NCBI GenBank assembly: GCA_030614005.1
Contig: JAUWKS010000003.1
Span: 30,001 to 62,000, forward strand
DNA: 32,000 nucleotides
Origin: Candidatus Heimdallarchaeota archaeon
GTDB lineage: Archaea; Asgardarchaeota; Heimdallarchaeia; JABLTI01
Direction of reading: 5' to 3'
Made by a program: the position numbers and the translations under genes. Each line of letters begins with the position of its first letter. Position 1 is the first letter of the stretch. Positions 1 to 8,349 of this stretch are shown here, piece by piece. The notes under the pieces were generated by a model that saw only the letters and a list, made by a program, of their open reading frames with translations, searched no databases and was not told the DNA's origin.

Positions 1-1
1 A

Positions 2-1378
2 GGAAGTTTAGCTGGTGCAGATAACATTTATTCTGCAGCATTCAAACAATGTGGTGTTCTCAGAGCGATAGATGCTTCTGAAGCTTTTGACTGGGCCCGA
101 TGTATTACGAATAATCCTCGACCTAAAGGAAAGAATGTTGTTATCATTACTAATGGTGGTGGAGTAGGCGTAATGGCAACTGATGCATGTGAGGACAATG
201 ATTTAGAACTTTACAACGATCAGGAAAAACTCAAAGAATTATTCTTCAAAACAGAGATTATGCCACCTTTTGGGTCCACAAAGAATCCCGTAGACATCAC
301 TGGTGGTGGTGGAGAATTAGCTTACAAAAAAGCAATTGAAGCGGCTTTCAATGCTAAAGAAATTCATTCTATTGTTGTTCTTTATTGTCAAACCGCAACG
401 ACAAATCCAGATTTGTTGGCTGATTATATTATTGAAGTTGTAAAGAAAAACAACAACAAAAAACCATTTGTTATAGCAAATATAGGTGGAGAAGCAGTAG
501 AAACCATGATTGACAAACTAAATGAAAATGACCTCTCCGCGTACGACCTGCCCGAAAAAGCTATTTCTTCATTGAGTGCACTATACAGATGGTCTGATTT
601 CATAGACAGACACGAAAAACAAGGGAAAACTAAACCACTAAAATTACCAATTCCACAGATCAAAGCAATCATTGACAATATCAGAAAGGAAGGCAGAATT
701 CAAATGCTCGAACATGAATCCAAACAAATTTTCAAATTGATTGGTTTAAATGTTCCTCCCTTCGCACTAGCACAAACCGTTGACGAAGCACAAAAATTTG
801 CTCAAGAGGTTGGGTATCCAGTTGTTATGAAGATTGTTTCTGAAGATATTATCCATAAAAGTGATGCCGGAGGAGTAGTAGTTGGACCAAAAAATGCTCG
901 AGAAGTTGATGAAGCATTTAACAAGATTTTAACAAATGCCAAAAACTACAAAGCAGACGCAAATATTCGTGGTGTATTCATCTCCCAAATGGTACCAAAA
1001 GCAACAGAAGTCATTGTAGGTGTAACTCGAGATCCAACCTTTGGACCAGTAGTAATGTTTGGTTTAGGTGGTATCTTCGTAGAAATAATGAAAGATGTTG
1101 TCTTCAGAGTTGCTCCATTCCCAAAGGACGAAGCAAGACATATGATAGATGAAATAAAAAGCAAACCAATGCTCTATGGAGCTAGAGGAACAAAACCCGC
1201 AGATATTGATGCTTTAGTAGAAACCATCTATATAATTAGTCAGCTAGTATCTCAAGTGGATGATATTAAAGAATTAGACATCAACCCACTCTTTGCACTA
1301 GAAAAAGGCGCAAGTGCTGTCGATGCTCGAATTACTTTAACAGAGAAAATCTATCCAAATGACATTCAAACAAAATGA
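2..1378 (+). CDS. ADP-forming acyl/acetyl-CoA synthetase, fused alpha-beta type (5' end lies outside the window)
   Basis: The frame is open from base 2 (GSLAGADNIYSAAFKQCGVLR...IITNGGGVGVMATDAC), so the ORF-track ATG at 173 is internal. Alpha-subunit motifs (GSLAG, TNGGG, NPVD) are followed by an ATP-grasp beta domain (GYPVVMKIVS, IIHKSDAGGV, DPTFGPVVMFGLGGIFVE, ELDINPL). Confidence 0.92.
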   Translation, partial: GSLAGADNIYSAAFKQCGVLRAIDASEAFDWARCITNNPRPKGKNVVIITNGGGVGVMATDACEDNDLELYNDQEKLKELFFKTEIMPPFGSTKNPVDITGGGGELAYKKAIEAAFNAKEIHSIVVLYCQTATTNPDLLADYIIEVVKKNNNKKPFVIANIGGEAVETMIDKLNENDLSAYDLPEKAISSLSALYRWSDFIDRHEKQGKTKPLKLPIPQIKAIIDNIRKEGRIQMLEHESKQIFKLIGLNVPPFALAQTVDEAQKFAQEVGYPVVMKIVSEDIIHKSDAGGVVVGPKNAREVDEAFNKILTNAKNYKADANIRGVFISQMVPKATEVIVGVTRDPTFGPVVMFGLGGIFVEIMKDVVFRVAPFPKDEARHMIDEIKSKPMLYGARGTKPADIDALVETIYIISQLVSQVDDIKELDINPLFALEKGASAVDARITLTEKIYPNDIQTK

Positions 1379-1411
1379 GTGAATCGTTTTCACTCGTTCT
1401 TTTCTATTTTT
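1377..1411 (+). terminator. Hairpin plus U-rich tract after the acyl-CoA synthetase gene
   Basis: GAGTGAA-tcgtt-TTCACTC (1377-1395) overlaps the stop codon and is followed by GTTCTTTTCTATTTTT. Confidence 0.55.
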
Positions 1412-1578
1412 CAAGTATAGAAAGCTTAATTTTGAGCAAATGGTAATGAGAAATGAAAGTTGCAATTCTATGAGATGTTCGATAATTTTAATAATCGGTT
1501 TGAATTGAGCAATAGACGATAAATGAATGCTAGCAAAGGTGGGTCTCGAAAATATACAAATTCAGCTATCAAAGTGGG

Positions 1579-2733
1579 TTGTTTTTAGAATTTTCTAATA
1601 ACCAGAAGGTAATGATTGATAGTAAGAATGTCAAAATACCACTAAAAGTAAACGCAATTGTGACACATGCGCATTCAGATCACTTTGCAGCGATGAATTC
1701 GTATTCTCCAACATTTGCAACACAAGCAACAATTGATCTTTTCAACAATTTAAAGAAAACAAAAACACGAAGTAATTTTATCCCAGTAGAATTTAATGAA
1801 CAATTAAAACTACAACCTGACACACCAGATGTGAAAATTTCTTTCATACCGTCGGGACATATTCTTGGATCTGCATCTGTAATCGTTGAAAATGATAATA
1901 GCAGATTACTATTCTCAGGAGATGTAGGAGGGAAGGGACAATTAACTTCATTAGCACCACTGAAAGCTGTTCAAGCAGATATTCTGGTTGTAGAAGCAAC
2001 GTTTGGTTCTCCGGAATTAGTTTTCCCATCTCGAGAAGAAATTTCAATGGACATATTGAAATGGTCGGCAAATGTCATAAAAGAAAATAAGAACGTGCTA
2101 TTTTCTGCAGGAAGATTAGGCTCCTCACAAGAATTGATTAAATTATTTAATAACCTGACAAATCTAAATGTCGTAACGCATGGAGAAGTAACTCAGCTAT
2201 CTGAAATCTATCAAAAACATGGAGTAAAACTGGCTTTCCACGATTCAAAATCAGAGGAAGGAAAGGAAATACTAAGAAACGGAGAGGCAATAATTATTCA
2301 ACCTCGAGGGAAAAAAATCGTTCCGTATTTTATAACAGAACATGTGGAGTGTAAAACTGCAATAGTAACAGGAATGGCTACAAGATTTCAATACAGAAAT
2401 TACGACGCATCATTTCCGTTGTCTTCGCATGCGAACTTTAACGAATTAATAGACTATATAAGAGAAGTATCGCCAGAATTGGTTTTCACAATATATGGTC
2501 TCGAGAAAAAACTCGCAGAAGCAATATCAAGAGAGTTAGATATTCCAGCAATTCCGCTAAAAGATAAAACACCGAATGCAATACAAAAAACAAGTGAAAA
2601 AATTGCTGCGGAACAAAATATACGAAAAAACCTAGAAAGGGAAAAAATACCCCTTAAGAAAATTGAGAGCAAAGTTGTTTCCAAAGAAAAGAAAGAAATA
2701 ACCTTAGATGATTTTTTCAAACAAGATGACTAG
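1579..2733 (+). CDS. Beta-CASP metallo-beta-lactamase-fold nuclease (true start may be further upstream, near 1552)
   Basis: Motifs THAHSDH, GHILGS, FSGD, EATFG and SSHA. The compact layout resembles SNM1/Artemis-like or short aCPSF-type nucleases. Lys/Glu-rich C-terminal tail. Confidence 0.85.
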   Translation: MFLEFSNNQKVMIDSKNVKIPLKVNAIVTHAHSDHFAAMNSYSPTFATQATIDLFNNLKKTKTRSNFIPVEFNEQLKLQPDTPDVKISFIPSGHILGSASVIVENDNSRLLFSGDVGGKGQLTSLAPLKAVQADILVVEATFGSPELVFPSREEISMDILKWSANVIKENKNVLFSAGRLGSSQELIKLFNNLTNLNVVTHGEVTQLSEIYQKHGVKLAFHDSKSEEGKEILRNGEAIIIQPRGKKIVPYFITEHVECKTAIVTGMATRFQYRNYDASFPLSSHANFNELIDYIREVSPELVFTIYGLEKKLAEAISRELDIPAIPLKDKTPNAIQKTSEKIAAEQNIRKNLEREKIPLKKIESKVVSKEKKEITLDDFFKQDD

Positions 2734-2754
2734 TTTTAGTGGCGCTGATTAAAT

Positions 2755-3198
2755 ATGGCTAGAATTTTTAAAATAGCGTTATCAAAAATCCAACCAAGTC
2801 AGCTCTATATCAGTGAGAAAAAATTAGCAAGTATAAAGGAAAAAATAACCAAAAACGGAATAGATGAATTAGAACCAATCCCGATAAAAAAATTAGGTGA
2901 GGATATAATCTATACTGATGGGCATACTCGTGCTTTTCTTGCCTATCAAAATGGCGACAAAGAAATTGCTGTTGAATGGGACGAAGATGATTTAGATTGG
3001 GAAATGTATGAAATATGTGTTCAATGGTGTAAAGATGAAGCAATTTATACTATTGCTGATTTGCAAAAGAGAATTGTTCCACATAAAAAATATGAAGTGG
3101 TTTGGTATAAGCGATGTGATACATTGCACGCGGAAATAGATCTGAAGAGAGCACAAAAAAAACAAAAACGAATAAAAACGACAAAAAAAAACTTATAA
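2755..3198 (+). CDS. ParB/sulfiredoxin-like N-terminal domain protein
   Basis: IQPSQ and PIPIKK...IIYTDGHTRAFLAY match the ParB/Srx DGH(H/T)R core. Starts 21 nt after the nuclease gene. Confidence 0.7.
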   Translation: MARIFKIALSKIQPSQLYISEKKLASIKEKITKNGIDELEPIPIKKLGEDIIYTDGHTRAFLAYQNGDKEIAVEWDEDDLDWEMYEICVQWCKDEAIYTIADLQKRIVPHKKYEVVWYKRCDTLHAEIDLKRAQKKQKRIKTTKKNL

Positions 3199-3254
3199 CC
3201 TTTGAGAGCTTCTTTCTTTTAGTAAATTTAGTTTAATATCCGGGATATGTAAAT

Positions 3255-4248
3255 TTGCAAATTAAAAGAAAATTAATAGTTACAATAATGTTACTTTGTT
3301 TTATAATTCCTCTATTTAGTTAAAATAGTATAACACCTCAACCAATGGTACAAAACGTTATCGGTGCATCATTGGAGTTAGAACAAAAGTGGAACTATAC
3401 GACAAGTGGAATATCTGTAAGTGCAACACCAACACTGTTCGATTTATACGAAGATGGAACAATGGACGTAATTTATGGAACTAATAAAGATGTGACTTGT
3501 CTTGATGACCAAGGAAATCTCAATTGGTCATATTACACTAATAGTGTAGTTAGGGGATCACTTGTTGTAGTTGACGTAGATAATGACTATAAACCAAACA
3601 TTGTCGTTGGTGTTAGTGATAGTTTGCGATTTTTTGATTATGATGGTTCATATATGAGAAATACTGGAACTGGCTATATTATGGATGCCCCATCTATTGT
3701 TGATTTTGAAGGTGATGGAGAATGGGAATTCTTAGTACCAAGCTATCTATTCTATGATGGTATTTACTGTATTAATAGTAATGGATCCATAAGATGGTCT
3801 TACACAGATATTTCATCACCTGGAACACCTGATAGAGTGTATGGTACTCCTACTGCTTGTGATCTTAATGGAGATGGAGTAATTGAAGTTCTCTTTGGTT
3901 CATGGGATGGATATCTTTATTGTCTTAATGAAACTGGGCATTTCCAATGACAATATTCTCGATGGAGAAGAAGTTATTGCTGGAGCAGATGGTTTTATTA
4001 CCAATCCCAACAACGCGGATACCGATGGCGATGGTATCGATGATGACATAGAAATTGGCAATGGCACCGATCCAACCGATTCTAGTGACCCACCCGTAGA
4101 GACTCCAACTCCTACCACCACTCCTACAAATACTACTCCTACAGGCGAAGGCTCATTCATTGGTGGTTTTGTTAGTTTAGGTATTGTTTTATCTACTGCC
4201 TTATTTATCATAGCTTCAGTAGAACGTCGAAAGAAATATTACAAATGA
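3255..4248 (+). pseudogene. Disrupted membrane-anchored surface protein: signal peptide, FG-GAP/PQQ-like beta-propeller, remnant DxDxDG repeats, Thr/Pro linker, C-terminal TM anchor
   Basis: TTG at 3255 opens a signal peptide (MQIKRKLIVTIMLLCFIIPLFS) cut by an in-frame TAA at 3321-3323. The propeller frame (DLYEDGTMDV, DVDNDYKPNI, DFEGDGEWEF, DLNGDGVIEV) stops at 3948-3950. The repeats, linker and anchor continue in a different frame to 4248. Confidence 0.8.
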
Positions 4249-4281
4249 AAGAGAAGAATCTCTTTCCATTTTTTTCTTTTT
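4247..4281 (+). terminator. Hairpin plus U-tract after the surface-protein pseudogene
   Basis: GAAAGAGA-agaa-TCTCTTTC (4247-4266), then CATTTTTTTCTTTTT. Confidence 0.6.
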
Positions 4282-4338
4282 ATTAATCGGTTTTTCCGTA
4301 CTCTCTATACTGTACTTTTACAATTTTGGTTTTGTGAG

Positions 4339-4866
4339 TTACTTTGATTTTGGATCTCTTTTTTCCTTACCTTTATTTAAATCAATAACTTCTTCTTTTG
4401 TTTGAGTGATTGGTGATACATCTTGGAATCTTCGATTTGTTACAACATAAAGTTCAGCTATACCTTTTTCTGTGAAATTTTTAACCATGCGACCTGAATG
4501 ATGACCAAAGGGCGCAGGATATTGAACATCTCGGAAAGTTAATCGATAATATGTTGCAAGATGTGCCCATTCATTAAGTTCATCAGGATGCTTGACAGAT
4601 TTAGGAGCTGTTTCTGCTAAGCCAATCCAATCGTACCAAGCATGTGCATCTTCAGGGTCACCAGAGGCACGATCTGTACTTTGGTCCATAGTACTCCCGC
4701 TGTAATTTGCTGTGATTTTAATACATAACCATTTACCGACAAGTGCAATCACTCTGTCAGAAGTACATGGTCCATCTTCATCGAAAGCGGAACCCCATTC
4801 ACTTTCCACATCCTTTACAAGTTTCTTAATTATGAATTTTTCTAGTTCTGAAATATCAATAGGCAT
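4339..4866 (-). CDS. Hypothetical protein, 175 aa
   Basis: ATG preceded by an AAGGAG RBS and protein-like composition. No family recognised. Confidence 0.65.
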   Translation of the reverse strand: MPIDISELEKFIIKKLVKDVESEWGSAFDEDGPCTSDRVIALVGKWLCIKITANYSGSTMDQSTDRASGDPEDAHAWYDWIGLAETAPKSVKHPDELNEWAHLATYYRLTFRDVQYPAPFGHHSGRMVKNFTEKGIAELYVVTNRRFQDVSPITQTKEEVIDLNKGKEKRDPKSK

Positions 4867-5045
4867 TGATTTGACTCCTTAATTTTATAGTAATATATTC
4901 ACTTGCCAGAAAACAAATAGAATTCGCACTTAATTAGGATGAGTTCTAGTAAAAATACTTTGTGAGTAGGAATAAATACCTCCAAAAGTATCTCTCTTAC
5001 AAATAATTTACTAAAAAGTAATTACTCTCTATCGATGTTCTATTG

Positions 5046-5903
5046 TTAATGTTCGATTTTTCCATATTTGACATCTTTTGCTTTTACAACTTCAACATTA
5101 CGTGTTGAGCACCCATCTTTGATGATTTGAATTAAGGTCGCATTCAAGCTACTACGATCAATTATCGCCCATTTAACTTCCTCAATTGTTTTATCAATCA
5201 TTTGTTCTACTATTGTTTGAGTGAGGTGTTCTTTGTGATATTTTGGTAGTATGTGACCGATTGCAACTGGTGTTAATTCCATTAATTCATTAAACCGGGT
5301 AGTGTAATGTCCACCACCAAAACAAATACTGGGAATAATTTCCTCTTCATCTTTTTGCAAACAAATTTTCATCAGAGTATTAGCAACAGCTTGTAAAGCT
5401 GATTTGTTATTGTATTCGACTTCTGTGCTCCCTACTTCAACATAGATTAATGGTGTTTTTAGATTGGTTGGTCCATGGTGCGTTGCTTCTACTGTAACGT
5501 CAAAATCTGTTAATGCTAATTTCTCTTGTTCTTTCAGAAGGTTCAGATAAGCTTCTCTAATTGCTCGAGTGCTTCCATATGCTAATTCCAAAGGATTGCC
5601 ACCATGACTATTATCAGAGCTAAGATTTCCAGTAATATGCGTTAATAGGCTTGGTTTATTTGCTCCACTTTGATGACGTGAACCAAATAGCAATAGATCT
5701 GCTTCAAGTTTATCACAATGGTCTGCATGGATAACATCTTTCGTTGAATACACTAATCTGATATCTTTATACTTGTAAATTGGTGTTCCATCAAATGTTT
5801 CTTCAGTTTGCTCGAAGGACCAATTTTCTAATAACTTTTGACGAATATTTCTTCCGCAAATATTTTGATCAGTAGTTATTATAACTGGTTTTTTGATATT
5901 CAT
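5046..5903 (-). CDS. dtdA: D-aminoacyl-tRNA deacylase (archaeal DTD2/GEK1 type)
   Basis: Motifs SRHQS, LLTHITGN, EATHHGPT, YVEVGSTE, GGGHY and GHILPKY. Confidence 0.93.
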   Translation of the reverse strand: MNIKKPVIITTDQNICGRNIRQKLLENWSFEQTEETFDGTPIYKYKDIRLVYSTKDVIHADHCDKLEADLLLFGSRHQSGANKPSLLTHITGNLSSDNSHGGNPLELAYGSTRAIREAYLNLLKEQEKLALTDFDVTVEATHHGPTNLKTPLIYVEVGSTEVEYNNKSALQAVANTLMKICLQKDEEEIIPSICFGGGHYTTRFNELMELTPVAIGHILPKYHKEHLTQTIVEQMIDKTIEEVKWAIIDRSSLNATLIQIIKDGCSTRNVEVVKAKDVKYGKIEH

Positions 5904-5917
5904 TTGAGCTTGACCTT

Positions 5918-6835
5918 CTAATTCAAAGTTTTATTTTTAGCGTTAATAAAATCATCAACTTCATCTTTTCTAGGCATGCCATCTCGAGCATTTGAGAGTG
6001 TTATTTGTAACGCTGCACACGCGGCAGCATATTTTCCACAGTCAGAGAGTGAAATGTTTTGTTGGTAAGAATGAATAAATCCTGCTGCATACGCATCTCC
6101 CGCCCCTGTTGTATCAACAACGGGCACTTCATAAGAAGGTATTTTCTGCACTCCATCTCGGGAAAGAATGTAAGACCCTTCAGGACCAAGCGTTACATTC
6201 AAAATTGTTGTCTCGCTCAATCTAAGACTGTCTAATTTTTCTTTTGTTGGTAAAAATCCATATGCTTTTTCAAAAGCAATTTTATTTAGAAAAACAAGTG
6301 AATAATTTTGTATTATTTCTTGAAGTACTTGACTTGATTCAGTCATTAATTCTCCGCCAAAATCAATGGAAGAGACGATTGATTTCTTCTTACAAACTTG
6401 AGCAATTTTTAGTGCTACTTTAGCTGAAACGCTAGAAGCATGCACAATTTTAACATTTGAAAATAATTGCCCAGTGATCTCTTTTGGTGAGAGCTTAGTA
6501 TTTGCATCTCGGTATCCAATTTTTACTGTTTGCCCTTCTTTATCAACTAAAATGATGACAAAACCAGTAGCATAAGCTTCTTCTTTGATTACTCTTGAAA
6601 CATCGATTTTTTCATCGATTAGAGAAGATAATCCTAGTTTACCATTTTGGTCATCCCCCACATGACCGAACAATGAAACTTTTGAGCCTAAACGTGAGAG
6701 TCCTACAGCAAAATTACAGGCTCCCCCACCAGGTACAATAGCAAGATTCGAAACAATTACCTTATCATCCGGACTAGGAAGACGTGGTACTTGACAAATA
6801 AGATCAACATTGATATTTCCGATTGTTAAAATCAA
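5918..6835 (-). CDS. PfkB/ribokinase-family carbohydrate kinase
   Basis: PGGGACNFAVGLSRLG, GHVGDDQNG, VTLGPEGS and VVDTTGAGDAYAAGF (PfkB signature). TTG start. Confidence 0.92.
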   Translation of the reverse strand: MILTIGNINVDLICQVPRLPSPDDKVIVSNLAIVPGGGACNFAVGLSRLGSKVSLFGHVGDDQNGKLGLSSLIDEKIDVSRVIKEEAYATGFVIILVDKEGQTVKIGYRDANTKLSPKEITGQLFSNVKIVHASSVSAKVALKIAQVCKKKSIVSSIDFGGELMTESSQVLQEIIQNYSLVFLNKIAFEKAYGFLPTKEKLDSLRLSETTILNVTLGPEGSYILSRDGVQKIPSYEVPVVDTTGAGDAYAAGFIHSYQQNISLSDCGKYAAACAALQITLSNARDGMPRKDEVDDFINAKNKTLN

Positions 6836-6915
6836 ACCTTCATCCGAACCTGTTTTCTTTAGTAATAATTCACAGCATAAGTAACACTAATTAAAATTAA
6901 TGGTAAAATCGGAAC

Positions 6916-6947
6916 AAAAAGAAAAAGAATCATCGGGGTTAAACCCC
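6916..6947 (-). terminator. Hairpin plus U-tract after argF
   Basis: Minus strand reads GGGGT-tta-ACCCC (6947-6935), then GATGATTCTTTTTCTTTTT. Confidence 0.55.
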
Positions 6948-6959
6948 AAATGAATACTA

Positions 6960-7901
6960 TTAATCGCTCATAAGAGCGAGCATAACTGCTTTTTGTGCAT
7001 GTTTTCTATTTTCAGCTTCATCAAAAACTACACTTTGTTTGCTATCAATAACTTCATCTGTTACTTCGTAACCTCTGTGAGCCGGCAAACAGTGTAAGAA
7101 AATAGCATCATTCTTTGCGTGAGCCATCAATTCTTTGTTGACGGTGAAATCCTTGAATGCTTTGAGTCGTATCTCTTTCTGTGATTCATCACCCATAGAA
7201 ATCCAGGTGTCAGTGTAAACAACATCTGCGTCTTTAACTCCTGCTGGAATGTCACTGGTAATCTCTAATTTGGTACCTATTTTATCAGCAATTACTTGAA
7301 CTTTCTTAGTAATTTCTGCATCTGGTTGATAGTCATCTGGACAAACTATTGAAACGTCCATACCCATTTTTGTACAACCAATCATTAAGGAGTGTGCAAC
7401 ATTGTTGCCATCGCCAACATAAACGAGTTTTAGTCCTTTTAGCTTTCCTTTGTGCTCTTCAATAGTTTGAAGGTCAGCCAATATTTGGCACGGATGATAA
7501 AGATCACAGAGACCATTTATCACAGGAATTGTTGCAAATTCGGCCATTTCTGTGAGTGTTTTATGTTTGTAGACTCGAGCCATTATTCCACCAAGATATC
7601 TCGAGAGAACTTGAGCAGTATCAGAAGGTGCTTCTCCTGTTCCGACAAGTTGTGTGTCTCTAAAACTTAGAAAGAGAGGTTGTCCTCCTAATTCCCAAAT
7701 GCCGGTTTCAAAGGAAACTCTGGTGCGGGTAGAAGTTTTTTCAAACATCATACCTAAGCTTTTCTTTAATGGTTTGCGATCTGGATGACCGCCATTTTTC
7801 TTGTATTCTACCTTTAATTCAACCCCAAGGTCTAAGAAATATTGGATCTCTTCAGGGGTGTAATCAAAAAGTGTAAGCATATGTCGCCCTTTAAAATTCA
7901 T
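6960..7901 (-). CDS. argF: Ornithine carbamoyltransferase
   Basis: STRTR, HPCQ, DTWISMG (ornithine-binding DxxxSMG) and HCLP motifs. The ATG at 7901 has a GAGG RBS, so it is preferred over the ORF-track start at 7919. Confidence 0.95.
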   Translation of the reverse strand: MNFKGRHMLTLFDYTPEEIQYFLDLGVELKVEYKKNGGHPDRKPLKKSLGMMFEKTSTRTRVSFETGIWELGGQPLFLSFRDTQLVGTGEAPSDTAQVLSRYLGGIMARVYKHKTLTEMAEFATIPVINGLCDLYHPCQILADLQTIEEHKGKLKGLKLVYVGDGNNVAHSLMIGCTKMGMDVSIVCPDDYQPDAEITKKVQVIADKIGTKLEITSDIPAGVKDADVVYTDTWISMGDESQKEIRLKAFKDFTVNKELMAHAKNDAIFLHCLPAHRGYEVTDEVIDSKQSVVFDEAENRKHAQKAVMLALMSD

Positions 7902-7934
7902 AATTATTCCTCGTATCATAATTTTATCTCAGAA

Positions 7935-8018
7935 CAGCTGACAGAACAGATCTGAACAATCAACTGTGGTCGTGAGTGCTCTTTTCACTTGCTTCGACCG
8001 AGGAAAAGATAAACTCGG
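7935..8018 (-). promoter_or_regulatory. Candidate structured 5' leader of argF
   Basis: Locally GC-enriched (40 of 90 nt in 7931-8020). Three stems: CCGAG/CTCGG, GGTCG/CGACC enclosing AGTG/CACT, and CAGTTGA/TCAGCTG. A TATA-like TTTTATTA lies at about 8046-8053. Confidence 0.35.
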
Positions 8019-8256
8019 ATTCAAAAAACATCCAATTAAGGATACTAATAAAATATTCGTCATAACCTAAAATTGATTTTTCATCTACTTGCAGATAGCA
8101 AAATTGCCAGTAAACTTTGAAAAGACATTTTTTAGCTCATTTTTACTGCGAGTATTTTACTTATTCATCGACAGATTTCTTTTTTTACACAAAAAACAAT
8201 ATCTTTATTAATATTCTTGGTCAATTAATAACTGAGCCCAGAAAAGTGGTGAATAC

Positions 8257-8308
8257 ATTCTCACACAGATGAGAATCTTATTATCATTTATCTAAAAAGG
8301 TTTTAAAT
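8257..8308 (+). promoter_or_regulatory. Inverted repeat plus BRE/TATA upstream of the large surface-protein gene
   Basis: ATTCTCA-N6-TGAGAAT (8257-8276), then AAAAAGG-TTTTAAAT (8294-8308), about 40 nt before the ATG at 8350. Confidence 0.4.
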
Positions 8309-8349
8309 AGTAAACTATAAAAAACCTAGTATTAATTAGTCGTAAAGAG

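Noticed and set aside
3321-3323. In-frame stop as a recoding event (Sec/Pyl or alternative genetic code)
   Set aside because: The codon is TAA, which terminates many genes here normally, and the same gene has a second independent lesion.
7925-7960. CTGAGA/CTGA motifs suggesting a TPP riboswitch or C/D-box sRNA
   Set aside because: The other TPP consensus elements and a proper RTGATGA C box are absent.
7960-8031. 23-aa upstream ORF before argF (MFFESEFIFSSVEASEKSTHDHS) as an attenuator peptide
   Set aside because: It contains no Arg codons, has no RBS, and probably begins upstream of the predicted TSS.
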